A stretch of 64,000 nt of DNA from Octopus vulgaris (GCA_951406725.2 OX597831.1:63302001-63366000); one strand, 5' to 3'; numbered from the stretch's first letter, positions 27,660 to 40,948 are shown. The notes: a model not told the origin generated them from the sequence alone. Numbers and translations: made by a program.

Positions 27660-28039
27660 AATACATACCTAATACCTAATACATAAAACATTACAGAGAT
27701 ACATGATTAGTTTTGATATGAATGAATCGTTTTAGGTTAAGAAGATTGAAAGTTAAAGAAGGAATAAGTTCAGAATTCTTAGAATCGCCATATCGATTCT
27801 CTGTTCAATAATATTAATAATAATAATAATAATCAGCAGCAGTAGCAGGAGTAGCAACATCAGTGGGTGACGTTATTGAGGCTGTCGTGTCGTAAACAGA
27901 TTATGAAATTCTGTCCAAATACCAGCAGCCATGATGGAAGATTGATAATAAATCACTGGTCTAAAGATAACGACGACGAAGACGACGACACACACCAGCA
28001 ACGGAGTCTGTCAACATTAAGATGACTAGCAAAAGCCCA

Positions 28040-28337
28040 CCATCACTATCACCACCACCACTACAACCTCCACCACAACAATGGCAACTGCAACATCCAC
28101 TACCTCCGTCACAAACGGCGCCTTAGTCCCGCACTAGTCCTCCTTCTGCTGTCCTCCTGTTCCACCACCACCTCCACCACCACCGCCACTACCACTATCA
28201 CCACCTATTTCTACTACTACCAGCACTACAACTGTAACTACCACCCCCACCAACATCAACACTACTACAACTATTACTACCATCAGTACCACCACCCCCA
28301 CCCCCACTACAACTACTACAACAACTACTACTACTAA

Positions 28338-28396
<59 letters not shown>

Positions 28397-28411
28397 TACT
28401 ACTACTACCAC
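28040..28411. repeat. (CCA)/(CTA)n low-complexity tract
   Basis: Trinucleotide repeats. Confidence 0.9.
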
Positions 28412-28694
28412 TATAGAGTCTGGTTATTGTAGGAATAACTGAAATCACGTCTATCTTTCAGCTTCTATACATGTATACGTTGCGTACGTGCGAGGATATG
28501 TTGGCTTAAGATTGGGCACAGAATCAATGTCACAACATCCCCTTTACCAAATATGTCAATAGTATAGAGGACAAATTTTAACTGCTATGTATATACATAT
28601 ATATATACACACAAACATACATTATATATATATATATATATATATACATATATATATGTATATATGTATATATATATATACATATATATATACA

Positions 28695-28818
<124 letters not shown>

Positions 28819-29353
28819 AAGAAGAGAGTAAGACAGGGTGAGAAGTTTATGGATGCATACAATCGTTTCATAAATATGTTTGCTGAGACACTGAAAGAGA
28901 ATGGGAAAGGGGAGAAAAGACGAACCTACATGCTTTTATGCACATATCTATATAAGATAAGCTAACATGGATATTCAAAAATATGTGCAAACTTCTGAAT
29001 AGAATTCTTTTTAAAAATGTTTGTATTTCGAAACTCAGAATATACCATACATTGAAATGAAGTTTTGCCAATTACTAAATTTTATATGCTTTTTACTTCC
29101 TTAACTTCTATCTATTGCTTCTGATAATCTTCAGCGTATAATGGGCGTGAGTAAATATACACAGTGAAAAATTTAGTGGTTAGTCAATGAAAATAAACTC
29201 AAAGCCACGGATAAAGAAGAGAGAAGAAAAATAGCGTTTAAATATTTCTTCTTTTTTATCTTTACAGTATTATAGATAAAATATTTATTCTACATGTCAT
29301 GAAATTAAAATTGCTCTAACACAATACTGTGCCAATACGTTCTCACACATAAC

Positions 29354-29408
<55 letters not shown>

Positions 29409-30006
29409 ACCCACTGCTCTCAGTATGTCTTGTTTTGTTTTCTGCTTTTCCAATTATGCAAGTCTTTTCTTTCGTTTTAATCTTTTTTTTTTTTTTTTGG
29501 TAAATGTACTTCTTGATGTTGTTCTTGTAGTTACCATTGTTTTTCTTGTTGATGCAGTTATATTCTTTCCGCTTTTTTTTTTTTTTTTTTTTTTATTCCT
29601 TACGATTAGAGCACCTCGGCTTGGAACGTAAAGAAACGCCAGAAACTGCTGATAAAACACAGCATGAATGAATCAAAGAGGAAAAGCAATTTCTCAAATA
29701 GTTCTATGAATGTATAGAAAATAATGTTTGTGTTTCTTCTCTCCTGAAATATCAAAGTGTGATGTTCTGAATCACCAGTTCCATTATGTTCCATTTGTTA
29801 AGAATTATGACAGTATATACTTCTGTAAGTAATCCTGTAAAAATCTAATCATGTCACTTTCTAATTCAACCTCGTCGTTGGTAGAGCAACTTAATTCATA
29901 AAACTCACTTTAATTTGATAACAATACTTTGGATAAAATGTACTTTTCATGTGTGAACGTAATTATATATGTATGCATGTATGAATATATATATGTATAT
30001 ATATAC

Positions 30007-30089
<83 letters not shown>

Positions 30090-30092
<3 letters not shown>

Positions 30093-30228
30093 TTAGGGAG
30101 TAAATCCAAACTTACAGGGAAAAATTAGATTTAGGATTAAATCCAATTTCACAGTATAAATATAAATTAAATTAAAGATAAAATCATTGTTTCATTTGCC
30201 TAATAGTGGTTTTATCTCTAATTTAATT

Positions 30229-30231
<3 letters not shown>
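30090..30231 (-). mobile_element. Truncated end of the 50765-family element with a terminal fold-back
   Basis: Matches 50774-50877; hairpin arms ~30162-30191 and 30202-30231. Confidence 0.75.
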
Positions 30232-30286
<55 letters not shown>

Positions 30287-30294
30287 ACACGCGT

Positions 30295-30581
30295 CGCAGG
30301 CGTGGGTGTGTAGTAAGTTTGCTCCCCAATCACACGGTTCTAGGATTAGTCGTACTGTGTGGCACGTTGGGCAAACGTTTTCTACTATAACCTTGGGTTA
30401 ACCAAGAGCTTGTGAGTGGATTTGGTAGACGGAAATTGAAAGAAGTCTGTCATATATATATATATATATATACTTGCGTATGTGTGTTTTTGCGTCTGTG
30501 GTTGTTCCCCGCGATGGTGTTGGTGTGTTTACGTCGACTAAGCCGCTTCGGCGGAAAGACTGACAGTATAAGTATCATGCT
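30295..30581 (+). mobile_element. SINE family B, degraded
   Basis: cgcaggcgtgggtgtgtagtaag...gtgagtggatttggtagacggaaa. Confidence 0.8.
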
Positions 30582-31192
30582 TCTAATAATAATAAGAAGA
30601 AGAAGAACGAGGGTGAGTTCTTTCGATTAAAATTCCTCAAGGTCGTACCCCAGCTTCGCTGCCTGCCACTGGCTGAAACTAGTAAAAACAACAAAAAGAA
30701 AAGATAAAAGGTATACACACACACATACACATGTAAATAAATGGACACAACCACATCCATACATACTTAGATAAATCCAAATATTGTGCATTAGATAGAT
30801 AGATAGATTGAGAGAGAGAGAGAGAGAGAGAGGGGTGAGATAATATTTTGGTAGTATAATCATATATAGATATTCTCAAAAACTCACTGGGTGGTCAGAA
30901 CTTTAAGTGACGAATTTATATCCACTTAATATAGCTAGTGCACGTTATGTCTGCCCAACCCATCCCCCTTCACAGGGGGTTGAAATCAATGCTACATGTG
31001 AATGTAACAGTGTGTTGCTGAGCAGTACTCGCACTGTTTACAGGAACTTGAGTGAACACAAACCATCTACACATCGATGTATAGACCAATGGAGAATTAA
31101 ACATTTGTCTTTAGCGTAACCCAGCATTGTTCACAGAATACGACGCATCAACCCTACCTTCGGCACTTCAGTGTCCTGCTGACTCAGTCGTT

Positions 31193-31971
31193 AGGCGGCG
31201 AGCTGGCAGAAACGTTAGCACGCCGGGCGAAATGCGTAGCCGTATTTCGTCTGCCGTTCTGAGTTCAAATTCCGCCGAGGTCGACTTTGCCTTTCATCCT
31301 TTCGGGGTCGATAAATTAAGTACCAGTCACGCACTGGGGTCGATGTAATCGACTTAATCCGTTTGTCTGTCCTTGTTTGTCCCCTCTCTGTTTAGCCCCT
31401 TGTGGGTAGTAAAGAAATAGGTATTTCGTCTGCCGTTACGTTCTGGGTTCAAATTCCGCCGAGGTCGACTTTGCATTTCACCCTTTCGGGGTCGATAAAT
31501 TAAGTACCAGTCACGCACAGGGGTCGATGTAATCGACTTAATCTGTTTGTCTGTCCTTGTTTGTCCCCTCTCTGTTTAGCTCCTTGTGGGTAGTAAAGAA
31601 ATAGGTATTTCGTCTGCCGCTACGTTCTGAGTTCAAATTCCGCCGAGGTCGACTTTGCCTTTCATCCTTTCGGGGTCGATAAATTAAGTACCAGTCACGC
31701 ACTGGGGTCGATGTAATCGACTTAATCCGTTTGTCTGTCCTTGTTTGTCCCCTCTCTGTTTAGCCCCTTGTGGGTAGTAAAGAAATAGGTATTTCGTCTG
31801 CCGTTACGTTCTGGGTTCAAATTCCGCGCAGGTCGACTTTGCCTGTCATCCTTTCGGGGTCGATAAATTAAGTACCAGTCACGCACTGGGGTCGATGTAA
31901 TCGACTTAATCTATTTGTCTGTCCTTGTTTGTCCTCTCTGTGTTTAGCCCCTTGTGGGTAGTAAAGAAATA
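31193..31971 (+). mobile_element. SINE family A tetramer (one head plus four ~184-bp body units)
   Basis: Units start at about 31242, 31421, 31605 and 31789. Confidence 0.95.
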
Positions 31972-32067
31972 TGTTTCCTGCATATTGTCTTTGAATATAT
32001 CCTAAGTAGAAGAATGAACATTTCTACTCAATCACATAAGTCATTAGTTTATTTGTTTAATCATTTA

Positions 32068-32501
32068 TCTTTTACTTGTTTCAGTCACTAGATTACGGCC
32101 ATGCTGGGGCTTCACCTTGAGGAAATATATCGAATGAATAAACCCCTGTACATTCTTTTTAAAGCCTGGTACTTATTCGATCAGTCTCTTTTGCCAAACT
32201 GCTAGCTTACGGGGACGTAAACAAACCAACATCGGCTGTCAAGCAATGAGGAGTAGGGACAAACATAGACACACACACACACACCTGCACGCACGCACAG
32301 ACACCGCCATACATTATGTGTGTGTGCGTTGGTGCGTTTGTGTGTGTGTGTGTGTGAGTGTGTATGTATGTGTCTGCGCGCGTGTGTGCCTTTGTGTCTG
32401 TGCTAGACACCCACTAACCACTCGACAACTAGTTTTGGTGTATTTTCGTTCCCGTTACTTAGCGCTTAGGTCTAATGACTGAAACAAGAAAAAGATAAAA
32501 G
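32068..32501. mobile_element. Two inverted SINE family B 3' halves joined at CA/GT tracts
   Basis: 32068-32280 on minus strand, ~32385-32501 on plus strand. Confidence 0.7.
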
Positions 32502-32599
32502 ATGCCCTTTCTGTCTCTGTCAACCTTTCTCCAAGTAAAAAGAAATTACAAAACATAATTATTCAGTAATCCTTTAGTTTATTATATAACTTAACATCA

Positions 32600-32770
32600 G
32601 GCATTTCGTTCGTCATTACGTCCTGAGTTCAGATCCACCAAAGTCAGCTTTGCCTTTCATTCTTTCGAGGTCGATAAAATATGTATTATCAGGTAAGCAC
32701 TAGGGTAGATGTAATATACTCACTTCCTCATGCCCGAAATTGCTGACCTTGTGCCAAAAGTTGAAACCAC
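32600..32770 (+). mobile_element. SINE family A, old tail
   Basis: ctttgcctttcattctttcgaggtcgataaaat...gaaattgctgaccttgtgccaaaagttgaaacc. Confidence 0.75.
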
Positions 32771-32864
32771 AATTAATGAGGAATATTGGAATTCAGTGAT
32801 CTTTTAAGCATATTTTTCCGAATTCTCCCTTGTACCTACAATCTCTCACAGACATTTTATAGTA

Positions 32865-32901
32865 ATCATTGAAAAACACAAAATGTTGAAACCGGTTTGG
32901 T
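32865..32901 (+). ncRNA. Fossil minimal hammerhead (two core transitions)
   Basis: atca-TTGAAAA-acacaaaatgtt-GAAA-ccgg-TT-tggt, followed by aataaa. Confidence 0.45.
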
Positions 32902-33025
32902 ATTTCAATAAATTTGTTACAAAATCTAAAAGCTAGAAAACGTTTTAAGACTCAGGAGCATTTTCGACCCCCAAAACCAACTCTTCGATATTCTTTTCTG
33001 TGTGGGAATTTACCTCTGTTTTTCC

Positions 33026-33070
<45 letters not shown>

Positions 33071-34224
33071 GGTGTGTACACGCACGCACAAATGTGCACA
33101 CATGCGCAGTGAGATGAGGAGGGTGTGGGAGAGAGAGAGATGATGGAATTTCGTACAGTTCCCATCTTTTATAGTAATCGATACTGAATTGAATATTTTT
33201 ACATTAATTCTATTGAATGCGTGATGCTAAATTCTAATTCAATAACTATCTATGGTATGGGGAAGGTTAAGTAGAATCAAGCTAGTCTTACACTTACTGT
33301 CTTATCTGCATTTGTATTAAAGTATTTGGCAACATTGAGTAAATTCACGGCTCAGCAACGGAAGCCAAATGTGTCCTATAAATAACTGAATGATATCTTC
33401 TTGAAATATATTAAAAGTTTTATTGTACTCCGGAGTAAAGATATCGACACTATCGAAAAGAGAGACATCTGAATTAATCACATCCAGCTTAATTTCATTT
33501 ATCTATCTCTAAATGGGAAATGAGAGTAGCTACGACATGAGAGTTCGTTGAAAGCTGTGGACATAAATCTTTGGATCAAGTTTAACTTCCATCATAATAG
33601 CCATCATATTACTGAGCTTCGAACAAATGTAGTTATCTCTATTGAAAAATGACAGCTATAAATTTGTGCACAGGGGATCTGTCGTCAGGAAGAAAGCAGA
33701 TAGAAATCTGTCTTGTTTTATCTTCAGATAACTTTTACAAGATATACAGAGGGTTTCCATTTTAATCTTCGAAAGTTAGCTGATATTGGGTGAAATGTGT
33801 TACGTTTTTCTCGTTCTTAAACCATTAAAAATACATATCTTTACGCAAATGTTCAATTATTTACATACCATCAAAATTACACACATGCACGTTTCTGACT
33901 CCATATCCACAAAGGCAAAACGTATTGAAAGTGAGTCAAGCAAGCAGTCGATGATTGACAGCTAAAGAGATGAAATGCAAAATTAACCATAGCGTGATTT
34001 AAACATGGAACATAAAAAGAGCCAGACCAAGAAACTTTAGTGGTAGAAATAAAGCAGAGGAGAAGATGAGGTTGTGCATTACTTCAGCAATATAACAGTG
34101 AGAAAGTAACAAAACAAATTACACACACACACATATCCTATGTATCTGTGTGATAGAAGCAACTATTTAAAACTTGAGCGAGAATTTCAATTCCCCATTT
34201 ATCTTTGACTAGATAAATACTCAT

Positions 34225-34453
34225 TTCTTTACTACCCACAAGGGGTTAAACACAGGGGGGATACACAAGGACAGACAAACGGATTAAGTCGATTACATCG
34301 ACCCCAGTGCGTAACTGGTACTTAATTTATCGACCCGAAAGAATGAAGATCAAAGTCGACCTCGGCGGAATTTGAACTCAGAACGAAACGGCAGACGAAA
34401 TACGGCTACGCATTTCGCCCGGTGTGCTAACGTTTCTGCCAGCTCGCCGCCTT
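34225..34453 (-). mobile_element. SINE family A young copy with 17-bp TSD actagataaatactcat
   Basis: Full length; TSD present on both sides. Confidence 0.93.
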
Positions 34454-34556
34454 TTAGATGAATACTAGATAAATACTCATGCATTCTTACAACAATTCTC
34501 TATTTACGTTATACGATAATTGCAGACGCATTTACGTAGCCAAGCAGATGTTAACC

Positions 34557-34740
34557 TTCTTGACTACCCACAAGAGGCTAAACACAGAGGGGACAAACAA
34601 GGGCAGACAAACGGATTAAGTCGATTACATCGACCCCAGTGCGTAACTGGTACTTAATTTATCGACCCCGAAACGATGAAAGGCAAAGTCGACCTCGGCG
34701 GAATTTGAACTCAGAACGTAACGGCAGACAAAATACGGCT
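34557..34740 (-). mobile_element. SINE family A young copy, 5' truncated
   Basis: Matches family A. Confidence 0.9.
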
Positions 34741-34823
34741 GAGGTCACAGTTTTCATAATTAACTAATTATAGTCAAAAAAGGCGGGGACACATTCACGA
34801 ACATTCAGACACGAATTATTTCG

Positions 34824-35021
34824 AGAAGTTTTTCAAATGGAACCACATTTTTCTAATATTTGTTCTCCGCAAATTGTTTCTAATTTAAGCAGAAGACCGG
34901 CAATTTTGAAGGGAGGGGTTAATAGAAGTTTTTCAAATGGAACCACATTTTTCTAATATTTGTTCTCCGCAAATTGTTTCTAATTTAAGCAGAAGACCGG
35001 CAATTTTGAAGGGAGGGGTTA
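34824..35021. repeat. Exact tandem duplication (98 bp identical, 100-bp period)
   Basis: 34824-34921 is identical to 34924-35021. Confidence 0.95.
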
Positions 35022-35109
35022 GACTCTTAAACATTTACTGAAATAATTAAATGCACCGATGATTATTTGTATGGACATGAGTTTATAATCATGAGAAGGA
35101 AGCTGCAGT

Positions 35110-35432
35110 GAAGGCGCGGTGGCTTAATAGTTAGAGTATTCGGCTCATGACCATAAGTTCGCGCGCTCGATTACTGGTGGTGAGTTGCGTCCTTGTGTAC
35201 ATCATTTTATTTAATGTTGCTACAGTCCACTCACCTGACAAAAATGAGTAGTACCTATAATTCGAAGGGTCATATTCGTAACATTCTGTGTCACGCTGAA
35301 TCTTGCCAAGAACTACTTTAAGGGTACGGGTATTTGGAAAGTACTCTTCCACTTGCACATTAATTTCACGCGCAGGCTGTTCCGTTGATTAGCTCAACCG
35401 GAATACTCGTCATCGCAACCGACGGAGTACCA
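35110..35432 (+). mobile_element. SINE family D, full length, diverged
   Basis: gaaggcgcggtggcttaatagttagag head; tail gtcatcgcaaccgacggagtacca. Confidence 0.8.
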
Positions 35433-35519
35433 GTTCAAGGAAGCTGCAGTTTCAAAGTAGTTCTGCTTAAATTTTCTTCTCTCTGGTTGTAGAGGATATG
35501 TTCACTTGTGTAGGCAGCT

Positions 35520-35822
35520 GGGAGGCGCAATGGCCCTATGGTTAGAACAGCGAACTCGCGGTCGGAAGATCGCGGTTTCGCTTCCCAGACCGGGCGTTGT
35601 GTGTGTTTATTGAGCGAAAACACCTAAAAGCTCCACGAGGGTCCGCAGGGGGGTAGGTGGTGACCCCTGTTGTACTCTTTCGCCACAAGTTTCTCTCACT
35701 CTCTTTTCCTGTTTCTTGAGTAACGCTGCGATGGACTGGTGTCCCGTCCAGCTGGGGTAAACACATACACCACAGAAACCGGGAAACTGTGCCCATGAGC
35801 CTGGCTTGGCTTGAAAAGGGCG
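35520..35822 (+). mobile_element. SINE family C
   Basis: ggaggcgcaatggccctatggttagaacag head; ctgcgatggactggtgtcccgtccag V-like domain. Confidence 0.85.
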
Positions 35823-36185
35823 ACGTTTATCGTTTTTATCGTAGGCAGCTGACCTAATTTTTCTTTCGATGCTCCAAATAACAATATATGGGGCTTGCTT
35901 TCTTCACACAGGTTTGATGGGAAAGCAAGGTCAGTATTCCTTCTGTTGATATGTATTTATGTATTCAGTAACAGTCGTGATGTTTATATTTATCCCAACG
36001 CCCGTTTTCCTGCCGACCGTGGGATAAATATTGTTTTAGCTAGAACATCATCCCACAATGGGAGATAACACATTGATAATATTTTGGGCCATATGCTGAT
36101 CGCACGTGCAATGCCTTCCATAAATCGATGCATACGATTTGTCATCAGAGTTTAAGAGTTTCGCTTCTCTCTTTTGTTAATTATA

Positions 36186-36565
36186 CACTTGCGTCGGAAA
36201 TTAATTAGCACTTCTCAAATTTCTACATTAAATAGGTTAAATCAATTAACCTATGAGCTGTTCAAAACGTCTTACGCGATGAGAAAACTTAGTATGGTGT
36301 GATTTCGGTCCTTGCGAGGCGCTACCTATATCTATTAAACAAAGGAAGATTTGTCTGCATCCGCACTCCAAGTTGTTGTTGCACTGCTATGTCAACATCA
36401 TAAGGCTGTAGACTCTCAAACTGCTCTGCAAACAAAGTTACGTCATCGTTCTGTGCAACAGTGAACTCGCAACAAAGCAATAGTTCGAGATATGGCCACT
36501 AGGTGACAGCACATACCTTGAGTGAAGAGCAAATCAAGGGTGCTAATTAATTTCTGACGGTAGTG
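36186..36565. mobile_element. Tc1/mariner-type MITE, 26-bp TIR, TA TSD
   Basis: ta|cacttgcgtcggaaattaattagcac ... gtgctaattaatttctgacggtagtg|ta. Confidence 0.88.
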
Positions 36566-36653
36566 TATATTCCGCAGAAGCACAACTTTCGAGATGCTGC
36601 GTGAGGAGACAGTCACGACGCGAATAAGGACGACACCTCATGTTAATATTATC

Positions 36654-36885
36654 TGTTTCTTTACTACCCACAAGGGGCTAAACACAGAGAGGACAAACAA
36701 GGACAGACAAACGGATTAAGTCGATCACATCGACCCCAGTACGTAACTGGTACTTAATTTATCGACCTCGAAAGGATGAAAGGCAAACTCGACCTCGGCG
36801 GAATTTGAACTCAGAACGTAACGGCAGACGAAATACGACTAGCATTTCGCCCGGCGTGCTAACGTTTCTGCCAGCTCACCGCCTT
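36654..36885 (-). mobile_element. SINE family A young copy with 14-bp TSD atgttaatattatc
   Basis: TSD at 36640-36653 and 36888-36901. Confidence 0.93.
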
Positions 36886-36909
36886 ATATGTTAATATTAT
36901 CATCCTCCT

Positions 36910-37106
36910 GGTGGCGAGCTAGCAGTAACGTTAATAAAAGATGGGCAAAATGCTTAGCGGTATTTCGCCCATCTTTACGTATCGCCGAGGCCGATTTAAG
37001 CTTTCATCCTTCAAGGTCGATAAAATAAGTACCAGTTGAGCACTATAGTCAATGTACCCGACTTATCCTCTCCTAGAAATTGCTGGCCTTGTGGGCAAAT
37101 TTGAAA
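36910..37106 (+). mobile_element. SINE family A, old tail
   Basis: Flanked by ttaatattatc(a/t)tcct(c/t)ctgg. Confidence 0.8.
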
Positions 37107-37252
37107 TTAATATTATCTTCCTTCTGGAGTGTACGGGAAGTATACGCATTCATAACTTTTTGTGTTATATAGAGTGATTTTCATTCAAACCAGCAAACAT
37201 ACATATATATATATATATAAAATAAAATCAAAAACAGAACACAAAGGATGTC

Positions 37253-37341
37253 GCGGTACACGTGTTTTAAGCTTTATAAACGACCTGTTTTTACATGTGT
37301 ATAATAGACATAAAGGATGGTTTAAAGCTCTCTTCAGCCGC
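37253..37341 (-). ncRNA. Type I hammerhead motif (GAAA mutated to AAAA)
   Basis: gcgg-CTGAAGA-gagcttta...taaagctt-AAAA-cacgtg-TA-ccgc. Confidence 0.7.
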
Positions 37342-37424
37342 ATGCAATTGTTATTCCCAAGAGTTACATCATACTTTTCACATTTTTCATAGTGTGATGT
37401 AACTCTTTGGAATAACAATTGCAT

Positions 37425-37515
37425 GCGGCCGAAGAGAACTTTAAACCATCCTTTATATCTATTACACACTGATGTAAATATAGGTCGTTTATAAAGCTTG
37501 AATCACGTGTACCGC
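37425..37515 (+). ncRNA. Type I hammerhead motif (CCGAAGA and GAAT mutations)
   Basis: gcgg-CCGAAGA-gaacttta...taaagctt-GAAT-cacgtg-TA-ccgc. Confidence 0.65.
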
Positions 37516-37627
37516 GACATCCTTTGTGTTCTGTTTTTGATTTTATTTGATATATATACCCTCTCACTCTGCCACTAACTGGCGTATACAGGTGCTTACA
37601 CTTATCAAGTATTCACCCTAAATTTAC

Positions 37628-37664
<37 letters not shown>

Positions 37665-38457
37665 ATAAACCATCGAAAAAATAATCTGGGAATCGAAAAC
37701 GCTACAAACATGTATCACGGGGACGTATGCCTGCTCTATAATATAATGTCATTTTTAGAAAACATCTGCCCCAAACAATTTTTAACTAGTCTAGCAAGCT
37801 ACTTTCAAATCTCAACTAGTCATACAATCTAGAATTCGTTTATTATATCAGCATGACAACACTGAGTGGTTTCGATCTTAGAATGTTTAAAATCTATTCC
37901 AACGCATTCATCTACAAGCTTAACTCGAACTAACTTGGCATTGCAAGTTTACAGACTGCCCAATAATCCAATCATTTCTATTTTTATCTGGTTCACTTGT
38001 TATCTCTGTATAATCTCTTAGGTATAACATAAAGGACAGTAGATTGCCTGGACTTAGACTCATGCGAGGACACTTAATATTGGTTCGTACTTATAAACAT
38101 AATACGCAAACACATAGATGTACGTTACATTGGTTACGCGCACACAATCACGCACACATACACATGCGTACACAAGCATGCACACATACGTACATGAACA
38201 TTCACCCTGATATACGCATGCATGAACATACGCACACAAATGTGCACGCATGCGTAGACGTAAACTGGACAAAAACATCTACGGATTGATGCAGAGCATG
38301 TATATGACAAACATGTAGCCAGTTTACATATAACATCGACACAACAGAACTGATTCATATATGTGTATATGTGTGGATATATATACATTTGTATGTTTGT
38401 GTGTGTGTATGTGTGTAATATATATATATATATATATAGATATATATGCATGGATAC

Positions 38458-38600
<143 letters not shown>

Positions 38601-38709
38601 GCATGCATGGATACATATGGGTATATATTTGGTTGCTTGTATATATACGTCTCCACTACACGGACATAGACACAAAGTAGCTAGCACACAGACTCTCTCC
38701 CCACCTCAT

Positions 38710-38761
<52 letters not shown>

Positions 38762-39261
38762 CTACACACACACACACACTCACAAACACACAAACAACAC
38801 ACACGCACATACGCATACAGTGAGACACACAGTTACATGACTTTTCTATGGCAACACGTTGCTGATGCCAACCTAGAAAATTGAACATGAACATGGCGGA
38901 TAATTGGTAATTACAGCGCCTTGTGGTATCTTTAAGCTATGATTAATTCGTACATTTCCCACTAATCCCGAGGGTTCTGCTTGATGTAGGTGTGTGCATT
39001 TTTATGATTCTTCTGCACGAACCCGGTTATCACACAAACAAAACAATGAATATGTTTTATCCGCTTTTCAAAGTTACTTTGCCAATGTGGATTAAATCCT
39101 GACACGTGATCTGCATAAGTTCTTATTGTAAACTCTAAATAAAAAGACATTCAATCCAGATTTACTTAAGGCAGTAGATTTCACAACAGAATTATCATTT
39201 GCTGTGGAAGTTCAGAAGTAAGAATGACTTCGAGGAAAGTACGAATCTTGTGTTTCGCTTT

Positions 39262-39361
39262 GATAATAATAATAATAATGATAATGATAATAAAAACAAT
39301 AATAATAATAATAATGATGATGATGATAATGATAATAATAATAACCATGATGATAATAATG

Positions 39362-39443
<82 letters not shown>

Positions 39444-39523
39444 TGATAATAATGATAATGATAATAATTATAATAATAATAATAATAATAATAATAATTA
39501 TGATGATGATGATGATGATGATG

Positions 39524-39611
<88 letters not shown>

Positions 39612-39759
39612 TGATGATGATGATGATGATGATAATGATAATAATAATAATAATAATAATAATAGTAATAATAATAATAATAATAATAATGATGATGATG
39701 ATAATGATAATAATAATAATACTGACAATGATGATGATGTTTATTATTATTATTATTAT

Positions 39760-39793
<34 letters not shown>

Positions 39794-39851
39794 TTTAGTA
39801 GTAGAGTAGTAGTAGTAGTAGTAGTAGGAGGAGGAGGAGGAGGAAGAAGAG

Positions 39852-39909
<58 letters not shown>

Positions 39910-40243
39910 TGTTGTTGTAGTGGTTGTAGCAGCACTAGTAATAGAACAACATAAACAACACTTAATAACAATAAAAATAATAACATGGGTTGCAGATTTT
40001 AGCACAAGGCTAGAAGATATGAGGGGAGGGGGCTAGTCGAAACTCTCGACACCAGCACATGACAGGTACATTTTTTACATCGAGCACGGATGGATGAAAG
40101 GAATAGTTGACCCCATAGAAATTTGAAATAAGAAGGTAAAGAACCCTATCTCAATGCTGTAAGGCATTTTATCTAACCTCTACAACAAAAGCAGAAACAA
40201 TAAAGAAAGCAACAACAGCAACAATAATAATAATAATAATAAT

Positions 40244-40296
<53 letters not shown>

Positions 40297-40298
40297 TG

Positions 40299-40332
<34 letters not shown>

Positions 40333-40333
40333 C

Positions 40334-40390
<57 letters not shown>

Positions 40391-40411
40391 AATAATGATA
40401 ATGACAACAAC

Positions 40412-40442
<31 letters not shown>

Positions 40443-40494
40443 TAATAATGATACTAATAATATTAATAATAATAATAATAATATTAATAGTAAC

Positions 40495-40541
<47 letters not shown>

Positions 40542-40558
40542 TGATGATGATGATGATG
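39262..40558. repeat. (AAT)/(GAT)/(AGT)n tracts flanking a degraded family A SINE (~39993-40180, minus strand)
   Basis: Long trinucleotide runs. Confidence 0.9.
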
Positions 40559-40751
40559 TACTAGAATTCAGAATTCCACAAAGCACACGCGCGCATACAT
40601 ATACATACAAACACACACACATACACACCGCAATATTTTGTGAACTTTTCATTTCCCCACCCCCGTTTAAACCTTCAGATGATTTAACTCGTAGGTCTGA
40701 CTCTCCAAATATATTTAACGCACTGACAACATAGTATGTGCGATATAATTT

Positions 40752-40947
40752 AAGGCGGCGCGCTGGCAGAATAGTTAACACGTTGGACTAAATACTCAGC
40801 GACATTTCTTCTAGATTTACGTTTTGAGTTCAAATTCCGCCGAGGTTGACTTTGCCTTTCATCCTTTCGGCATCGAGAAGTTCGGTAAATGTAATCAACC
40901 AGCCCCACAAATTTCAGGCATTATGCCTAGTGTGTAAAGAATTATAG
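40752..40947 (+). mobile_element. SINE family A, third tail type
   Basis: aaggcggcgcgctggcagaa...gttcaaattccgccgagg...aaatttcaggcattatgcctag. Confidence 0.8.
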
Positions 40948-40948
40948 T

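Larger units (their letters stand above)
37211..37558. repeat. ~350-bp palindrome made of two inverted hammerhead-bearing arms
   Basis: Arms ~165 bp, loop ~15 nt; hammerhead motifs at 37253-37341 (-) and 37425-37515 (+). Confidence 0.93.

Noticed and set aside
31193-31971. CRISPR-like array
   Set aside because: Contiguous 184-bp tandem units without spacers; eukaryotic SINE
33480-33800. Possible mariner transposase relic
   Set aside because: Similarity too weak to support
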